Origin: Candidatus Nomurabacteria bacterium
GTDB taxonomy: Bacteria; Patescibacteriota; Patescibacteriia; HK-STAS-PATE-3
DNA length: 64,000 nucleotides
Assembly: GCA_023898465.1 (NCBI GenBank)
Contig: CP060223.1
Coordinates: 576,001 to 640,000, forward strand
Direction of reading: 5' to 3'
The position numbers were made by a program, and so were the translations under genes. Of this stretch, positions 1-8,578 are shown piece after piece. Below the pieces are notes generated by a model. It saw nothing but the letters and a program-made list of their open reading frames with translations. It searched no databases and had not been told where the DNA came from. Position 1 is the stretch's first letter, and the number at the start of each line of letters is the position of its first letter.

Positions 1-357
1 TCGCTCATTAATCCAAAGCGAGGAAGTGCCGACTCCGGCTGCAACGAGAATTATCACAATCACCATAACCCAGGTCCCCCAGGATGACTTGGTGATGAGT
101 GATATTCCTAAGAAGACGATAGCCAGAGGCCACAGCTCCCAGAGATTGAAATGCACATCAACCCAACCGGTCGTCTCTGCTAGATAGAGAAACCCAACAA
201 TAACTAAGGTGATGCCAAAAAGTATGCGCCCAGGATTATGACGATGCAAACGCGACTCGCGCTGCTCCGGTTTTACCTCTGGCTTTGGCGGTGGAGGCGG
301 TGGAGCCTCTTTTCCTAAGGTAGGTGTTTCGTGATTTTGAAGCGGTGTCTCTGTCAT
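1..357 (-). CDS. Membrane protein, N-terminal part only (runs off window start). Pro-rich cytoplasmic N-terminus then TM helices. Immediately downstream of PspC-domain gene.
   Basis: Reverse-complement translation starts with ATG at 357..355 (MTETPLQNHETPTLGKEAPPPPPPKPE... then hydrophobic segments ILFGITLVIVGFLYL, WPLAIVFLGISLI). No stop before position 1. Not in ORF track because it is open-ended. Confidence 0.5.
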   Translation of the reverse strand, partial: MTETPLQNHETPTLGKEAPPPPPPKPEVKPEQRESRLHRHNPGRILFGITLVIVGFLYLAETTGWVDVHFNLWELWPLAIVFLGISLITKSSWGTWVMVIVIILVAAGVGTSSLWINER

Positions 358-360
358 AGC

Positions 361-804
361 TTAGCTCCGTTTCATAAGAATAAAAATGCCGAGAAAAATA
401 AACGTCAAAGGCCAAATACTATGCCACTGCAACCAGGTAAAGGAAAAGAGTTGCCGACTCAACAATACTACACCAAACACCACTACAATGACCCCGAGAA
501 AATTTTGCAACTGATTTGCCTGTCCAGCGTTTTGTACCGCATCAACCTTTTCTTGAATTTCGTTTCCCACCTGTTGCGCGCGCTCACTTAGTGTTGTAGC
601 AGCGTGCGTTGCGCCTTCTAGTGGTATAAGCAGCCAAAGCACAACATAAATAAGCACGCCCGCCCCATCAAAGATGGTAAGCAAGAGAAAGACGATACGA
701 AAAATAACTGGGTCAATGCCAAAGTAGTGTCCTAATCCACCGCAGACGCCTGCCAGCATCCGATGAGTCCGTGATCGTACTAATAGTCGCGTTGAATTAG
801 ACAT
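361..804 (-). CDS. PspC-domain (phage shock protein C family) membrane protein
   Basis: N-terminal motif MLAGVCGGLGHYFGIDPVIFRIVFLLL typical of the PspC domain. Several TM helices follow. Confidence 0.7.
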   Translation of the reverse strand: MSNSTRLLVRSRTHRMLAGVCGGLGHYFGIDPVIFRIVFLLLTIFDGAGVLIYVVLWLLIPLEGATHAATTLSERAQQVGNEIQEKVDAVQNAGQANQLQNFLGVIVVVFGVVLLSRQLFSFTWLQWHSIWPLTFIFLGIFILMKRS

Positions 805-1069
805 GAATTTCCTTTGTCTTTATCCTAGCACAGCTCTATGGACTGGCAATAGGGCTAAAATTGGCGCAAAAAATGACTTGACAAAGATTTTAGCAAGTCT
901 TAATGTCTCTATGTTGTCACAAGTACAACAGGCTCCCTGCGGTGCTCCGCGGGTACAATACACAAGAGATCAATCAGATTTGCGAAGTCGCCCTGCGGGG
1001 TGAATTCACCTGCAAAAGCAGGCTCTCTCGTGTGTTGGCCCAACGTGTATTGCGTGGGGGCCTTTTTCT

Positions 1070-1471
1070 TTACTCAAGTTGTGAAGTACAACTTGGACAA
1101 CGAGTTGCCTGTAGAGGAATTTCTGAAATGCAAAAGCGGCAAGACTTCGTGCTTACTTCTACTTCTTTTGGCTTTTGTAATTTGCTTAACAAGCGAATCA
1201 TAAAGAAAATGACTGCCGCAATAATCAAGAAGTCAATAGCCGCTTGAATAAACATCCCGTAAGTCAAATATACTGGCTCAGCTTCTGTACCGCCAATTTT
1301 TACTTGTAGACCAGAAAAATCTATCCCTCCGCTAATCAAACCAATCACCGGCATAATAATATCAGCGACTAAAGAGCTGACAATCTTACCAAAAGCAGCA
1401 CCAATGATGACCGCAACTGCCAGGTCCATCACGTTGCCGCGCATAATGAAGGCCTTAAAATCCTTTAACAT
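1070..1471 (-). CDS. mscL: Large-conductance mechanosensitive channel MscL, with an unusual C-terminal Cys4 ribbon
   Basis: MLKDFKAFIMRGNVMDLAVAVIIGAAFGKIVSSLVADIIMP is near-identical to the canonical MscL N-terminus/TM1. The C-terminus CRFCISEIPLQATRCPSCTSQLE has CxxC-x10-CxxC. Confidence 0.85.
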   Translation of the reverse strand: MLKDFKAFIMRGNVMDLAVAVIIGAAFGKIVSSLVADIIMPVIGLISGGIDFSGLQVKIGGTEAEPVYLTYGMFIQAAIDFLIIAAVIFFMIRLLSKLQKPKEVEVSTKSCRFCISEIPLQATRCPSCTSQLE

Positions 1472-1492
1472 ACTTTTTCACGATTAATAACA

Positions 1493-3181
1493 CTAACCGG
1501 CACTCGACCCGCCACCGCCGCCTCCGCCACCTGCAAATCCCCCGCCGCCAAATCCTGAGCTCGAAGATGGCGAACTGGCAAGGCTAGTTGCGACGCTGCT
1601 GTTCATAACTGAGACAAGGTGGTCAGTAAAACTCACTGCATTAAATGCTGCGAGTGGGTGTGTTGAATGAAACCACTTCGGCGGCTCAGTATAAATATCA
1701 CGGAAGCGATTCGCCCATTGCTTCTCCACATTAAATACCATGGCATAGGGTAAGAAACGCTCAAAGGTTTGCGGAGTCATGGCAGCAACTCTGAATCGCT
1801 CAGCAGTATGTAAGTAAAGCTTAAATCCTTCAGACCATTCCAACGCATGAATACCCTTCTTGGTTTTTTTAGGCATGACTCGACCAAAAATTACCAGCAG
1901 CAGCGCATACACCCAAGGTACGAAAAGGGTGAAAAAACCGATAGGAATCAAGGCTATAGCTACATAATAATATCGACGACGTATACTGTCTGGACGCACC
2001 GGGAAATAACCATACTCATCTGTGGTAACGCTATAAATACTGCTGGTGATTTCCTTCATATCCTTATAAAAGGAATTCTTCAAATCAGAAAGTGCAACTC
2101 GCTCTCCTGTGCTAAAGAGCTTCTCCATTAATAAAAGCTCATAGGGTTTCAAACTCGTATCATGCGCTACACTCTTGAGGCGAACAAAAGTATACTCCTT
2201 TTTCTTAAACAGTCCCCCTTCTTCATCCTCTTCAATGCGTAAATAACCCCGCACTGCTAAATCAATAATTGTGGCAATAAAATCACGTCGATCCGCCTGC
2301 TCATCGATTAAAGTACCGACGACTGCCGGCGGCGCACCATCGGGTGCTTCATATTGCGGGATAATTGTTACCCTACCCTCGGGGTCACGTCCATGCGCTC
2401 GCCAGCGTGAAATAAGCCAAAGAAGTAATACAAGTGGTGAGGCAATATATATCCAACGGAACCAGTCCCAAAAACTTGACCAAAGGCTGGTTTCCTCCTT
2501 GATAGTTTCAAAAGTTACTTCTCCTTTTGGCCAGCCTGCTACAATCGTCATTTCATCTGATGGTCCAACATCAGAGGTAGTAAAGGTTAACGTATCGCCT
2601 TCTTGCGTATAGGTTGTCCGATCTGCCGTACTGCCTCTGGGTCCGACTAATAATCGCTGCTGCGTATCTTCACTGCCATAGGATTTCGGTAGCACGACTT
2701 TAGCGCTGGCATAATGAATGGGTACTCCACGTTGTGCAGAAACTACATTCCAGTAGAGCTCGTCATGGTCAGCAAAATCACCGATTGCATTATGGGCTCG
2801 GTAATGAAAAGTAATGGATTTTTGTGTAATACCGGCATCTGGTGTTTTAGAGAAATACGCTCGAATGCGTACTTCCTTCGAAGTATTTTGTATATCAACA
2901 TCTGAGGAGGCAAATGCTTTACCGTCCTGGTCGTAAACCTCAATCTCGTCATACCAAATGCCTTTTGTTTTTGGTAGCGTCCTGCCTACCCACGTAAAAG
3001 CACCATGAAAATCAATATCCTGCTGCTCATCTACAATAATACTGGAATCCGTTTCAATAGTAATAGTCGAATCCCATGAACGGAACTCCCAAGTCTTGAT
3101 TTGCGCCTGAACCTGTGAGGTCCATAATAGTCCAATAAGGAGAATAGGAATGAAGCGAAATCGATGGAAAATATTTTGCAT
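1493..3181 (-). CDS. DUF2207-like membrane protein (signal peptide, large extracytoplasmic domain, TM helices, Gly-rich C-terminal tail)
   Basis: N-terminal signal-like MQNIFHRFRFIPILLIGLLWTSQVQA. Internal TM segments. C-terminus GFGGGGFAGGGGGGGGSSAG is characteristic of the DUF2207 family. Confidence 0.55.
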   Translation of the reverse strand: MQNIFHRFRFIPILLIGLLWTSQVQAQIKTWEFRSWDSTITIETDSSIIVDEQQDIDFHGAFTWVGRTLPKTKGIWYDEIEVYDQDGKAFASSDVDIQNTSKEVRIRAYFSKTPDAGITQKSITFHYRAHNAIGDFADHDELYWNVVSAQRGVPIHYASAKVVLPKSYGSEDTQQRLLVGPRGSTADRTTYTQEGDTLTFTTSDVGPSDEMTIVAGWPKGEVTFETIKEETSLWSSFWDWFRWIYIASPLVLLLWLISRWRAHGRDPEGRVTIIPQYEAPDGAPPAVVGTLIDEQADRRDFIATIIDLAVRGYLRIEEDEEGGLFKKKEYTFVRLKSVAHDTSLKPYELLLMEKLFSTGERVALSDLKNSFYKDMKEITSSIYSVTTDEYGYFPVRPDSIRRRYYYVAIALIPIGFFTLFVPWVYALLLVIFGRVMPKKTKKGIHALEWSEGFKLYLHTAERFRVAAMTPQTFERFLPYAMVFNVEKQWANRFRDIYTEPPKWFHSTHPLAAFNAVSFTDHLVSVMNSSVATSLASSPSSSSGFGGGGFAGGGGGGGGSSAG

Positions 3182-3190
3182 GGATGGTCT

Positions 3191-3805
3191 TTATATTTCT
3201 TGTCTACGCTTGCGCTGGAGCCAGGATTGAAACTCTTTATCCTGTTTCATTATCTCTTCAATCTCTCCGCGTAAGTAGTCAGCTTTTTTAAGTTTCGTAT
3301 TTTGAGTTTTCCAATCAAGATAGTGATCAATGGTCGGAGTAATGCGCAAAGTAAATTTAATGCGCGGAATCTCTTTCACTTCCCGCTTCCCAACTGTTTT
3401 GAGGAAGTCACCCAATAACCATTGTAATGAGTCATCCGTATAATAACGTATCTGACAAGTTTTTGGAACCTGCTTTTGATTGAGATATTTCAAGATTTGC
3501 CGGCCAGGACTACCGCGCTCTGATAAAAAGATGGTTGGCTTCTTCTGGGCGACTGCATAGGCAAGTAAATATCCAACTTCCGAGTCAGGAGTTGAGCCCT
3601 CAATCACAATTGCATCCATTGCATCAAGCAAGGTGCCACCTTTTGCTTCTATTTCTTGGGCTGAGGCTGGATCTAGGCTTGTTTCTGGGTGAATAGTGTT
3701 TGAGGAAAGTGCAATATCTGCCTCACGCAAAATGCGTCGTATCATGGCGTAGGCCTGTCGCAATCGTTGAGTGGTCGTATCTGGTCCGTAAAAATACACG
3801 TGCAT
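3191..3805 (-). CDS. Hypothetical protein, possibly nucleoside 2-deoxyribosyltransferase-like fold
   Basis: 204 aa ORF tightly packed between neighbours. Weak resemblance only (IVIEGSTPDSEVGYLLAYAVAQKKPTIFL). No strong motif. Confidence 0.3.
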   Translation of the reverse strand: MHVYFYGPDTTTQRLRQAYAMIRRILREADIALSSNTIHPETSLDPASAQEIEAKGGTLLDAMDAIVIEGSTPDSEVGYLLAYAVAQKKPTIFLSERGSPGRQILKYLNQKQVPKTCQIRYYTDDSLQWLLGDFLKTVGKREVKEIPRIKFTLRITPTIDHYLDWKTQNTKLKKADYLRGEIEEIMKQDKEFQSWLQRKRRQEI

Positions 3806-3806
3806 A

Positions 3807-4805
3807 CTAGTGGTGCAGAATTTCCTTTATCTTTTCTTTAAGTAAGCGCTGCACTTGAGTGGTATTTTTTGCTTGAGCAAAAATCCATGAGCTCAACACA
3901 AAAGCACTGTGATATGGCAGGGTGTGGAGAAGTGGTAAAGAGCTCAATCGATCTTGTTGAGCTTCTTGCTGATAAACTATCACAGGAACTTTACTTTTTT
4001 GCAGTTTTTCTAACGCCGAAACATGAGCTGAACTAAGCTGACTAGCTGGATCAAGCTTCACGAGAACTCCCGGTGCTTTCATTACCTCGCCGCTCAATCG
4101 ATCGGTGATTTGCATACCTGGATGCACATCAATCACCACCATGTCTGAGGCAAAGTCAGTGGCAAATTTCACTGCCCGATTACTCTGTTTCCTGATCGGT
4201 GGGAATAGTTTCAAGCCGAAATCAACTTTACCGAGCAAAATTCCGGACAAGGAACGGAAATACTGTGCATCGGGCGGTGCCACTGTAGTCAATTCAATCG
4301 CGCGATGAATTTGATTACCAAAGACCGCACACACATCACCGAAGGAGTATTCAGCTACATGCAGGGCATTCAAGAGATTATCCTTTTGTCCTAAGCCTCG
4401 TGCATGGGCGAACAGCGCCCGTATGTTTGCCGGCACTTTTGGACGCAGCAAATCATGCGGTGAGGCAGTTAATACGACTGGCTTACCTGTGTTTCCCAGT
4501 GCTGCGCCCAGGGCGGGTGCGGTATAGTGCAGCGTTTCTACTTCATGGCTAATCACAAAGCCGTCGAACTTGGTATAGTTGTCGCTAATCACCCGACCGA
4601 TTGACTGCCACAAGGCTGGCGAAACCCCGGACCCTTCGGCGTTTGCCACGTAGGTTGCATCGATTTCTGCCATGATGCTCAACTCTTGCATTTCTCGCAT
4701 CCAAGCAGCCACCTCGCGCTCACTCTGCACCAGGCGCTTTTTGCCTGGACCATACGACAGCGCTGATCCGCTGACGAGAAGTATAAGAATGCGTGCACGT
4801 TGCAT
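3807..4805 (-). CDS. L-asparaginase-family protein, probably a catalytically degenerate paralog
   Basis: YTKFDGFVISHEVETLHYTAPALGAALGNTGKPVVLTAS aligns with the asparaginase core (YDDYDGFVILHGTDTMAYTA...GKPVIVTGS). The N-terminal TGGTI threonine motif is replaced by VSGSAL and HGTDT by SHEVET. Confidence 0.5.
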   Translation of the reverse strand: MQRARILILLVSGSALSYGPGKKRLVQSEREVAAWMREMQELSIMAEIDATYVANAEGSGVSPALWQSIGRVISDNYTKFDGFVISHEVETLHYTAPALGAALGNTGKPVVLTASPHDLLRPKVPANIRALFAHARGLGQKDNLLNALHVAEYSFGDVCAVFGNQIHRAIELTTVAPPDAQYFRSLSGILLGKVDFGLKLFPPIRKQSNRAVKFATDFASDMVVIDVHPGMQITDRLSGEVMKAPGVLVKLDPASQLSSAHVSALEKLQKSKVPVIVYQQEAQQDRLSSLPLLHTLPYHSAFVLSSWIFAQAKNTTQVQRLLKEKIKEILHH

Positions 4806-4897
4806 GAGGTGTGTATTTACGCCGTCGTAACTATTTTAGAGACGGCGCTTTATTATACCCAAAAACTCCCCCTTTGGTCAAAACACTATACTTTACG

Positions 4898-6268
4898 TTA
4901 TGACCTCAGCCACTCTCTCCCCTGTCGTACGAGCAGCTCTTCTGCTTCCTCGGGGTCCTGGAGAAGCTCACGTACCACGCGCTCAAGTCGCACTGATTGC
5001 GAACCCTTCACCAATACGATGTCATGCAGACCTACTACCGAGCGGAGAAAAACCACTGCAGCTTTTGCGTCGGGAAACTCGTGCACTTCCTCCTCAGGAA
5101 AACCTGCTTCACGTGCTGCAGCTGCGATCTTGGCACCCAGCTTGCCAACGGTCACGAGAATATCGGCATGTCCTTTTACCGTCTTTCCAATTTCAGCATG
5201 TGCGTCATCAGTGTATTCCCCCAGCTCAGCCATATCACCTAACACCACAATACGGCGGAAAAAAGTAGCGGATTCAATGGTCTCAGATTTTTTTAATGGT
5301 CCAGTTGTAAGGTGATGTCGCAAATCCTTGGACAAATCACTGATCAACTGAAGTGCCGCAGTCACTGCACGTGGCGAGGCATTATATGAATCATCAATCA
5401 GGAGAGAACGCTTCTGACCTTTGAGTAAACGAGTGCGGCCACGTGGCGGGACGAAATGACGAAAGGCCTCAGCGATGTCGCGCAGATCCATACCATAGGC
5501 AAGTGCCACGCATGTTGCAGCTAGGGCGCTGGAAATAATTGCCTGCCCTACACTTCCTCGCAGCTCCAATGTTGCACTCTTATCCTCAAAATGTACTACG
5601 CAGCGCATGCCCTCGATGCTGGGAAACGCTTCAAATGATTCCTGCTTCCCATACAAGAAACCTACCTCGGTTGCCTGAACGTCAGCTTCTGCGTGAATGC
5701 CATAGCTCAGCACCCGCGACTTGGTCAGTTTATGAAATTCTAAGACTCGCTCATCATCTGCATTGAGAATGGTGTAGCCATCATCTTCTGTGCTTTTTGC
5801 CAGGACCGACTTTTCCTCTGCTACCTTCTCAACTGATCCAAAAAATTCCGTGTGCACTGGAGCAACTGCGGTGACAACACTTACCCGTGGTCGCGCAATG
5901 CTACAGAGATAGCTAATATCGCCCGGATGATCAGCGCCCATTTCTAGTATCAAGACTTCAGGGAAAGGACGACGTTGCAAAAGTAGCTTTGTCGCTTTGA
6001 TAAAAATTCCTAGCCAGGCAAAAGGGTTCCGACCGCCGCTCTTCGCGTCAATAATCGCCAGAGGTAAGCCAAGCTCGTTATTCAAGTTACCCTGACTCCG
6101 TCGCACCGCAAAAGCCCCGCTCATGACAGTGAAAATTGCTTCTTTGGTACTGGTTTTTCCAACGCTGCCCGTAATCGCCACCACATCGGGTTGATACTTA
6201 GCTAGGATTTTCCGTGCATACCAGGCTAGGATGCGCTGCACATACTGCTGGAGCTTTGAGATAGACAT
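4898..6268 (-). CDS. murF: UDP-N-acetylmuramoyl-tripeptide--D-alanyl-D-alanine ligase
   Basis: Mur ligase P-loop VVAITGSVGKTSTKE. Middle and C-terminal Mur ligase domains (LLIDDSYNASP). 456 aa. Confidence 0.9.
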   Translation of the reverse strand: MSISKLQQYVQRILAWYARKILAKYQPDVVAITGSVGKTSTKEAIFTVMSGAFAVRRSQGNLNNELGLPLAIIDAKSGGRNPFAWLGIFIKATKLLLQRRPFPEVLILEMGADHPGDISYLCSIARPRVSVVTAVAPVHTEFFGSVEKVAEEKSVLAKSTEDDGYTILNADDERVLEFHKLTKSRVLSYGIHAEADVQATEVGFLYGKQESFEAFPSIEGMRCVVHFEDKSATLELRGSVGQAIISSALAATCVALAYGMDLRDIAEAFRHFVPPRGRTRLLKGQKRSLLIDDSYNASPRAVTAALQLISDLSKDLRHHLTTGPLKKSETIESATFFRRIVVLGDMAELGEYTDDAHAEIGKTVKGHADILVTVGKLGAKIAAAAREAGFPEEEVHEFPDAKAAVVFLRSVVGLHDIVLVKGSQSVRLERVVRELLQDPEEAEELLVRQGREWLRS

Positions 6269-6310
6269 ATAGAGTAGTATAGCATTATCACCCTAGCGAT
6301 AAATGCACAT

Positions 6311-6339
6311 CTTGACAATTCTCAGGAAAATATATAGTA
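6311..6339 (+). promoter_or_regulatory. Sigma70-like promoter (TTGACA-17-TAGTAT) in long gene-free region
   Basis: cTTGACAattctcaggaaaatataTAGTATacgg read directly. Roughly 80 nt downstream lies a hairpin plus T-tract. Confidence 0.4.
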
Positions 6340-6390
6340 TACGGCCGAAAACCAAAAAAAGAATACGCTCTCTTCTACTCCCCCGGCGGG

Positions 6391-6432
6391 CCTCCAGACT
6401 ACTTCTCTGGAGGCCCCCTTTCTTTATTCTTT
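6391..6432 (+). terminator. Intrinsic terminator-like hairpin GGGCCTCCAGA...TCTGGAGGCCC followed by CTTTCTTTATTCTTT
   Basis: Perfect 11-bp inverted repeat with 8-nt loop followed by a T-rich run. Roughly 80 nt downstream of the promoter-like hexamers at 6311-6339. Confidence 0.45.
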
Positions 6433-6453
6433 ACTAAAAAGACTTTGCATGGT

Positions 6454-6877
6454 TTGACAGTAAAAAAGTGAAAGGTATAAGCTGACAACGGAAACGGCCC
6501 GGACGTGTGGAGATGCTTCAAGATAGGGGTCGTAGTCCATGCCCAAAAATCGCACATTCGCATGGAGGAGGGGTAGAGGGTAATTCAGAAGCCGTCCGGG
6601 CACTTTGCCGGATCGTGAACCCTCCAGTCGGAGCCTCGGAATCGGTGTGCGTGATTGCCGGGGCTTTTTTATTGACAAAAAATTTCCATTTGTTACTATG
6701 GCTGCATCGCACCTTCCCGCTCCTTTTTTCAACTTCCTAGCAGCTGATTCAGCTGCATTCGCGTTCGCTCTACGGACTTCCCCTTTCTCTGTTCTCACTG
6801 CTCCCTCCTGTCTTCCGTGTTCTGGCTTCGCGTCTCGTTCTCCCAGCCAGGTGCAACATTGTACCTGGCTTTCTTTT
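6454..6877 (+). ncRNA. Candidate non-coding RNA region. Promoter TTGACA-16-TATAAG at 6454-6481, a long-range helix (GGCCCGGACG at 6496-6505 pairing CGUCCGGGC at 6592-6600), a 150-nt CU-rich tract, and a terminator hairpin CCAGGTGCAACATTGTACCTGG plus T-run at 6847-6877.
   Basis: No credible ORF across about 600 bp. The 124-aa minus ORF 6424..6798 translates to low-complexity R/A-rich junk. Promoter and terminator hexamers/hairpins read directly. Identity of the RNA is unknown. Confidence 0.3.
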
Positions 6878-7410
6878 TAAAAATCTACAGCAGCCAAATA
6901 TCTCGCTGTATTCACATTTCGTACAGTCATGTACTTATACAGCTTTGACCCAATCACTTTACTCAACTGACTTTTATTCAGGTTCTCTTTTTTTACGTGC
7001 CAGACAATCGCACCTTTTATATAACGCAAGTCCATATACTCTTTTTTCATTGGTAACTCATCAAGAGTTTTCTTATCATCAACTTCAGGGAAAAGGAAAG
7101 CTACATCGGTCTTTTGTGTCTGATGATCGTTCTGCCAAGTCTGAGGAATTGCTGCCACGATTTTCTTCACCTCAGCTTGTGTCTTGATTAACACGGGGAT
7201 AGGAAAGCCAAATTCATTTACTAGGGCTTTTGTCAGCGCTGACTGAATATCCTTACTCTTCCCTTTTGCATTAAAAAGAATGTTGCCAGAATTTATGTAA
7301 GTTGAAACATCCGTGTAACCCAAACTCCCACACAACTCCTTGAGTCGCTTCATTTCTACTTTGTTATTCCCGCCAACATTAATGCCGCGGAGGAGGGCTA
7401 TGTATCTCAT
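6877..7410 (-). CDS. DUF1697-family protein
   Basis: N-terminus MRYIALLRGINVGGNNKVEMKRLKEL matches the DUF1697 signature (YIALLRGINVGG). Confidence 0.6.
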   Translation of the reverse strand: MRYIALLRGINVGGNNKVEMKRLKELCGSLGYTDVSTYINSGNILFNAKGKSKDIQSALTKALVNEFGFPIPVLIKTQAEVKKIVAAIPQTWQNDHQTQKTDVAFLFPEVDDKKTLDELPMKKEYMDLRYIKGAIVWHVKKENLNKSQLSKVIGSKLYKYMTVRNVNTARYLAAVDF

Positions 7411-7973
7411 TGATTGATCACCAAAAACTTCTGCTCAGGAATTTTAAGAATTTCGCACGGCTCTCCAAAACTCTCAAGACCTTCAAGCTTATCTTGTTTG
7501 TCTTCCGACCAATGGACAAACACTTTCACATTTAAGATCCCCAAACCTTGGTGAAATTTCTGACTATCAACATGATAAAAATATCGCGATAACATTTGCG
7601 CCCCAGCGGATGATCCTGCTACTGTTTTTCCCTGCCACAACTCTACCAGCATAGGCACCTTCCGCATATGTTCCAAAAGTACTAATGTCTCACCGCCAAT
7701 AGTATAAATTGCATCAGCGTTCTTAATCTGCTCAATAAAAGTCTGTGTATTCTCGGACGCCATAACAAAGTGTATAGATTTCTCCAGAGCAACTACAGAA
7801 AATCGTTCTTTGGTTAAATCAAAAAATTCTTTCCAGAGGCTTTTATCACGTGCAAAGGGAATAAACAACACAGTAGGCTCGCTCGGTACATCCTTTAAAA
7901 TTTCCTGCACGTAAGCTCGATTATCTACAGTATCATATTTTAGCGCACCACCGTGCAGTATATATTTTGTCAT
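7407..7973 (-). CDS. Peptidase S51 (peptidase E/cyanophycinase-like) family protein
   Basis: 188 aa with the GGETLVLL...GSSAGA pattern (nucleophile Ser in a GxSAG context) typical of S51 dipeptidase E. Confidence 0.5.
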   Translation of the reverse strand: MTKYILHGGALKYDTVDNRAYVQEILKDVPSEPTVLFIPFARDKSLWKEFFDLTKERFSVVALEKSIHFVMASENTQTFIEQIKNADAIYTIGGETLVLLEHMRKVPMLVELWQGKTVAGSSAGAQMLSRYFYHVDSQKFHQGLGILNVKVFVHWSEDKQDKLEGLESFGEPCEILKIPEQKFLVINQ

Positions 7974-7993
7974 ACGTTAAACCTTTTCGACAT

Positions 7994-8512
7994 TTATTTT
8001 CTCCCGACATTCTCATCCATGTCTTTGCCTCCAATAAAAGACAAAACATCAAAATCAGGATCAAGCAACTTTACTAAATCAAGGTCAGGACGATTCATTA
8101 TTTCCACGCCTGGCATTTTTTCACCTCTAGACAACGCCTTTTTTAGTTCTTCAAATTCCTCTTTATCCAAGACAAAATCAACATCGCCCACCTCGGTGTG
8201 CTGATCTGGTTTACGAATATAGAGATAGGTATAGGTGGTCTCCGGAATATCACCTTGGGCAGGAATAACAATGGGCTCATGGAGACGATAATATTTTTGA
8301 TTCCAATTATCAGATTCTTTTGTCAGCTCCTGGCGAACTTTTGTGAGATAGCTATACTCGTCATCGTCATGGCAAAATATTCCGAGATTACCTGCCACTG
8401 GTAAATATCTGCCAAAATTTTTTTTACATAACTCAAAACACTTAAGGTGAGTATATGTTATCGCTTGTATCAATTGCTCTTTGTCTTGGATTGGACTAAA
8501 TCGATACTGCAT
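7994..8512 (-). CDS. Hypothetical protein (172 aa), no recognisable domain
   Basis: ORF with coding-like composition in the ftsI-murF interval. No motif recognised. Confidence 0.4.
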   Translation of the reverse strand: MQYRFSPIQDKEQLIQAITYTHLKCFELCKKNFGRYLPVAGNLGIFCHDDDEYSYLTKVRQELTKESDNWNQKYYRLHEPIVIPAQGDIPETTYTYLYIRKPDQHTEVGDVDFVLDKEEFEELKKALSRGEKMPGVEIMNRPDLDLVKLLDPDFDVLSFIGGKDMDENVGRK

Positions 8513-8578
8513 GATTTCTGCTATAGAACTTCCTTTACAATACGCAGCTGAAGATGGCCATCTTCAGCTGCGGTTGAG

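Noticed and set aside
4800-5766. Several plus-strand ORFs (171, 122, 81, 75 aa) inside murF
   Set aside because: They are antisense to a well-supported Mur ligase gene and have low-complexity Ser/Arg-rich translations.
6480-6680. Possible RNase P RNA (GGAAACGGCCCGGAC resembles the P4 5' strand AGGAAAGUCCGGGCU)
   Set aside because: No match to the other conserved blocks (GGGUGAAANGGUGCGGUAAGAGCGCACC, ACAGAANCCGGCUUA). The segment between the putative P4 strands is far too short. Kept only as a generic ncRNA candidate.
6424-6798. 124-aa minus-strand ORF in the murF-DUF1697 gap
   Set aside because: Translation is low-complexity and Arg/Ala/Gly-rich (ANANAAESAARKLKKGAGR...). No RBS context. It overlaps the promoter/terminator signals, so it is more likely non-coding.
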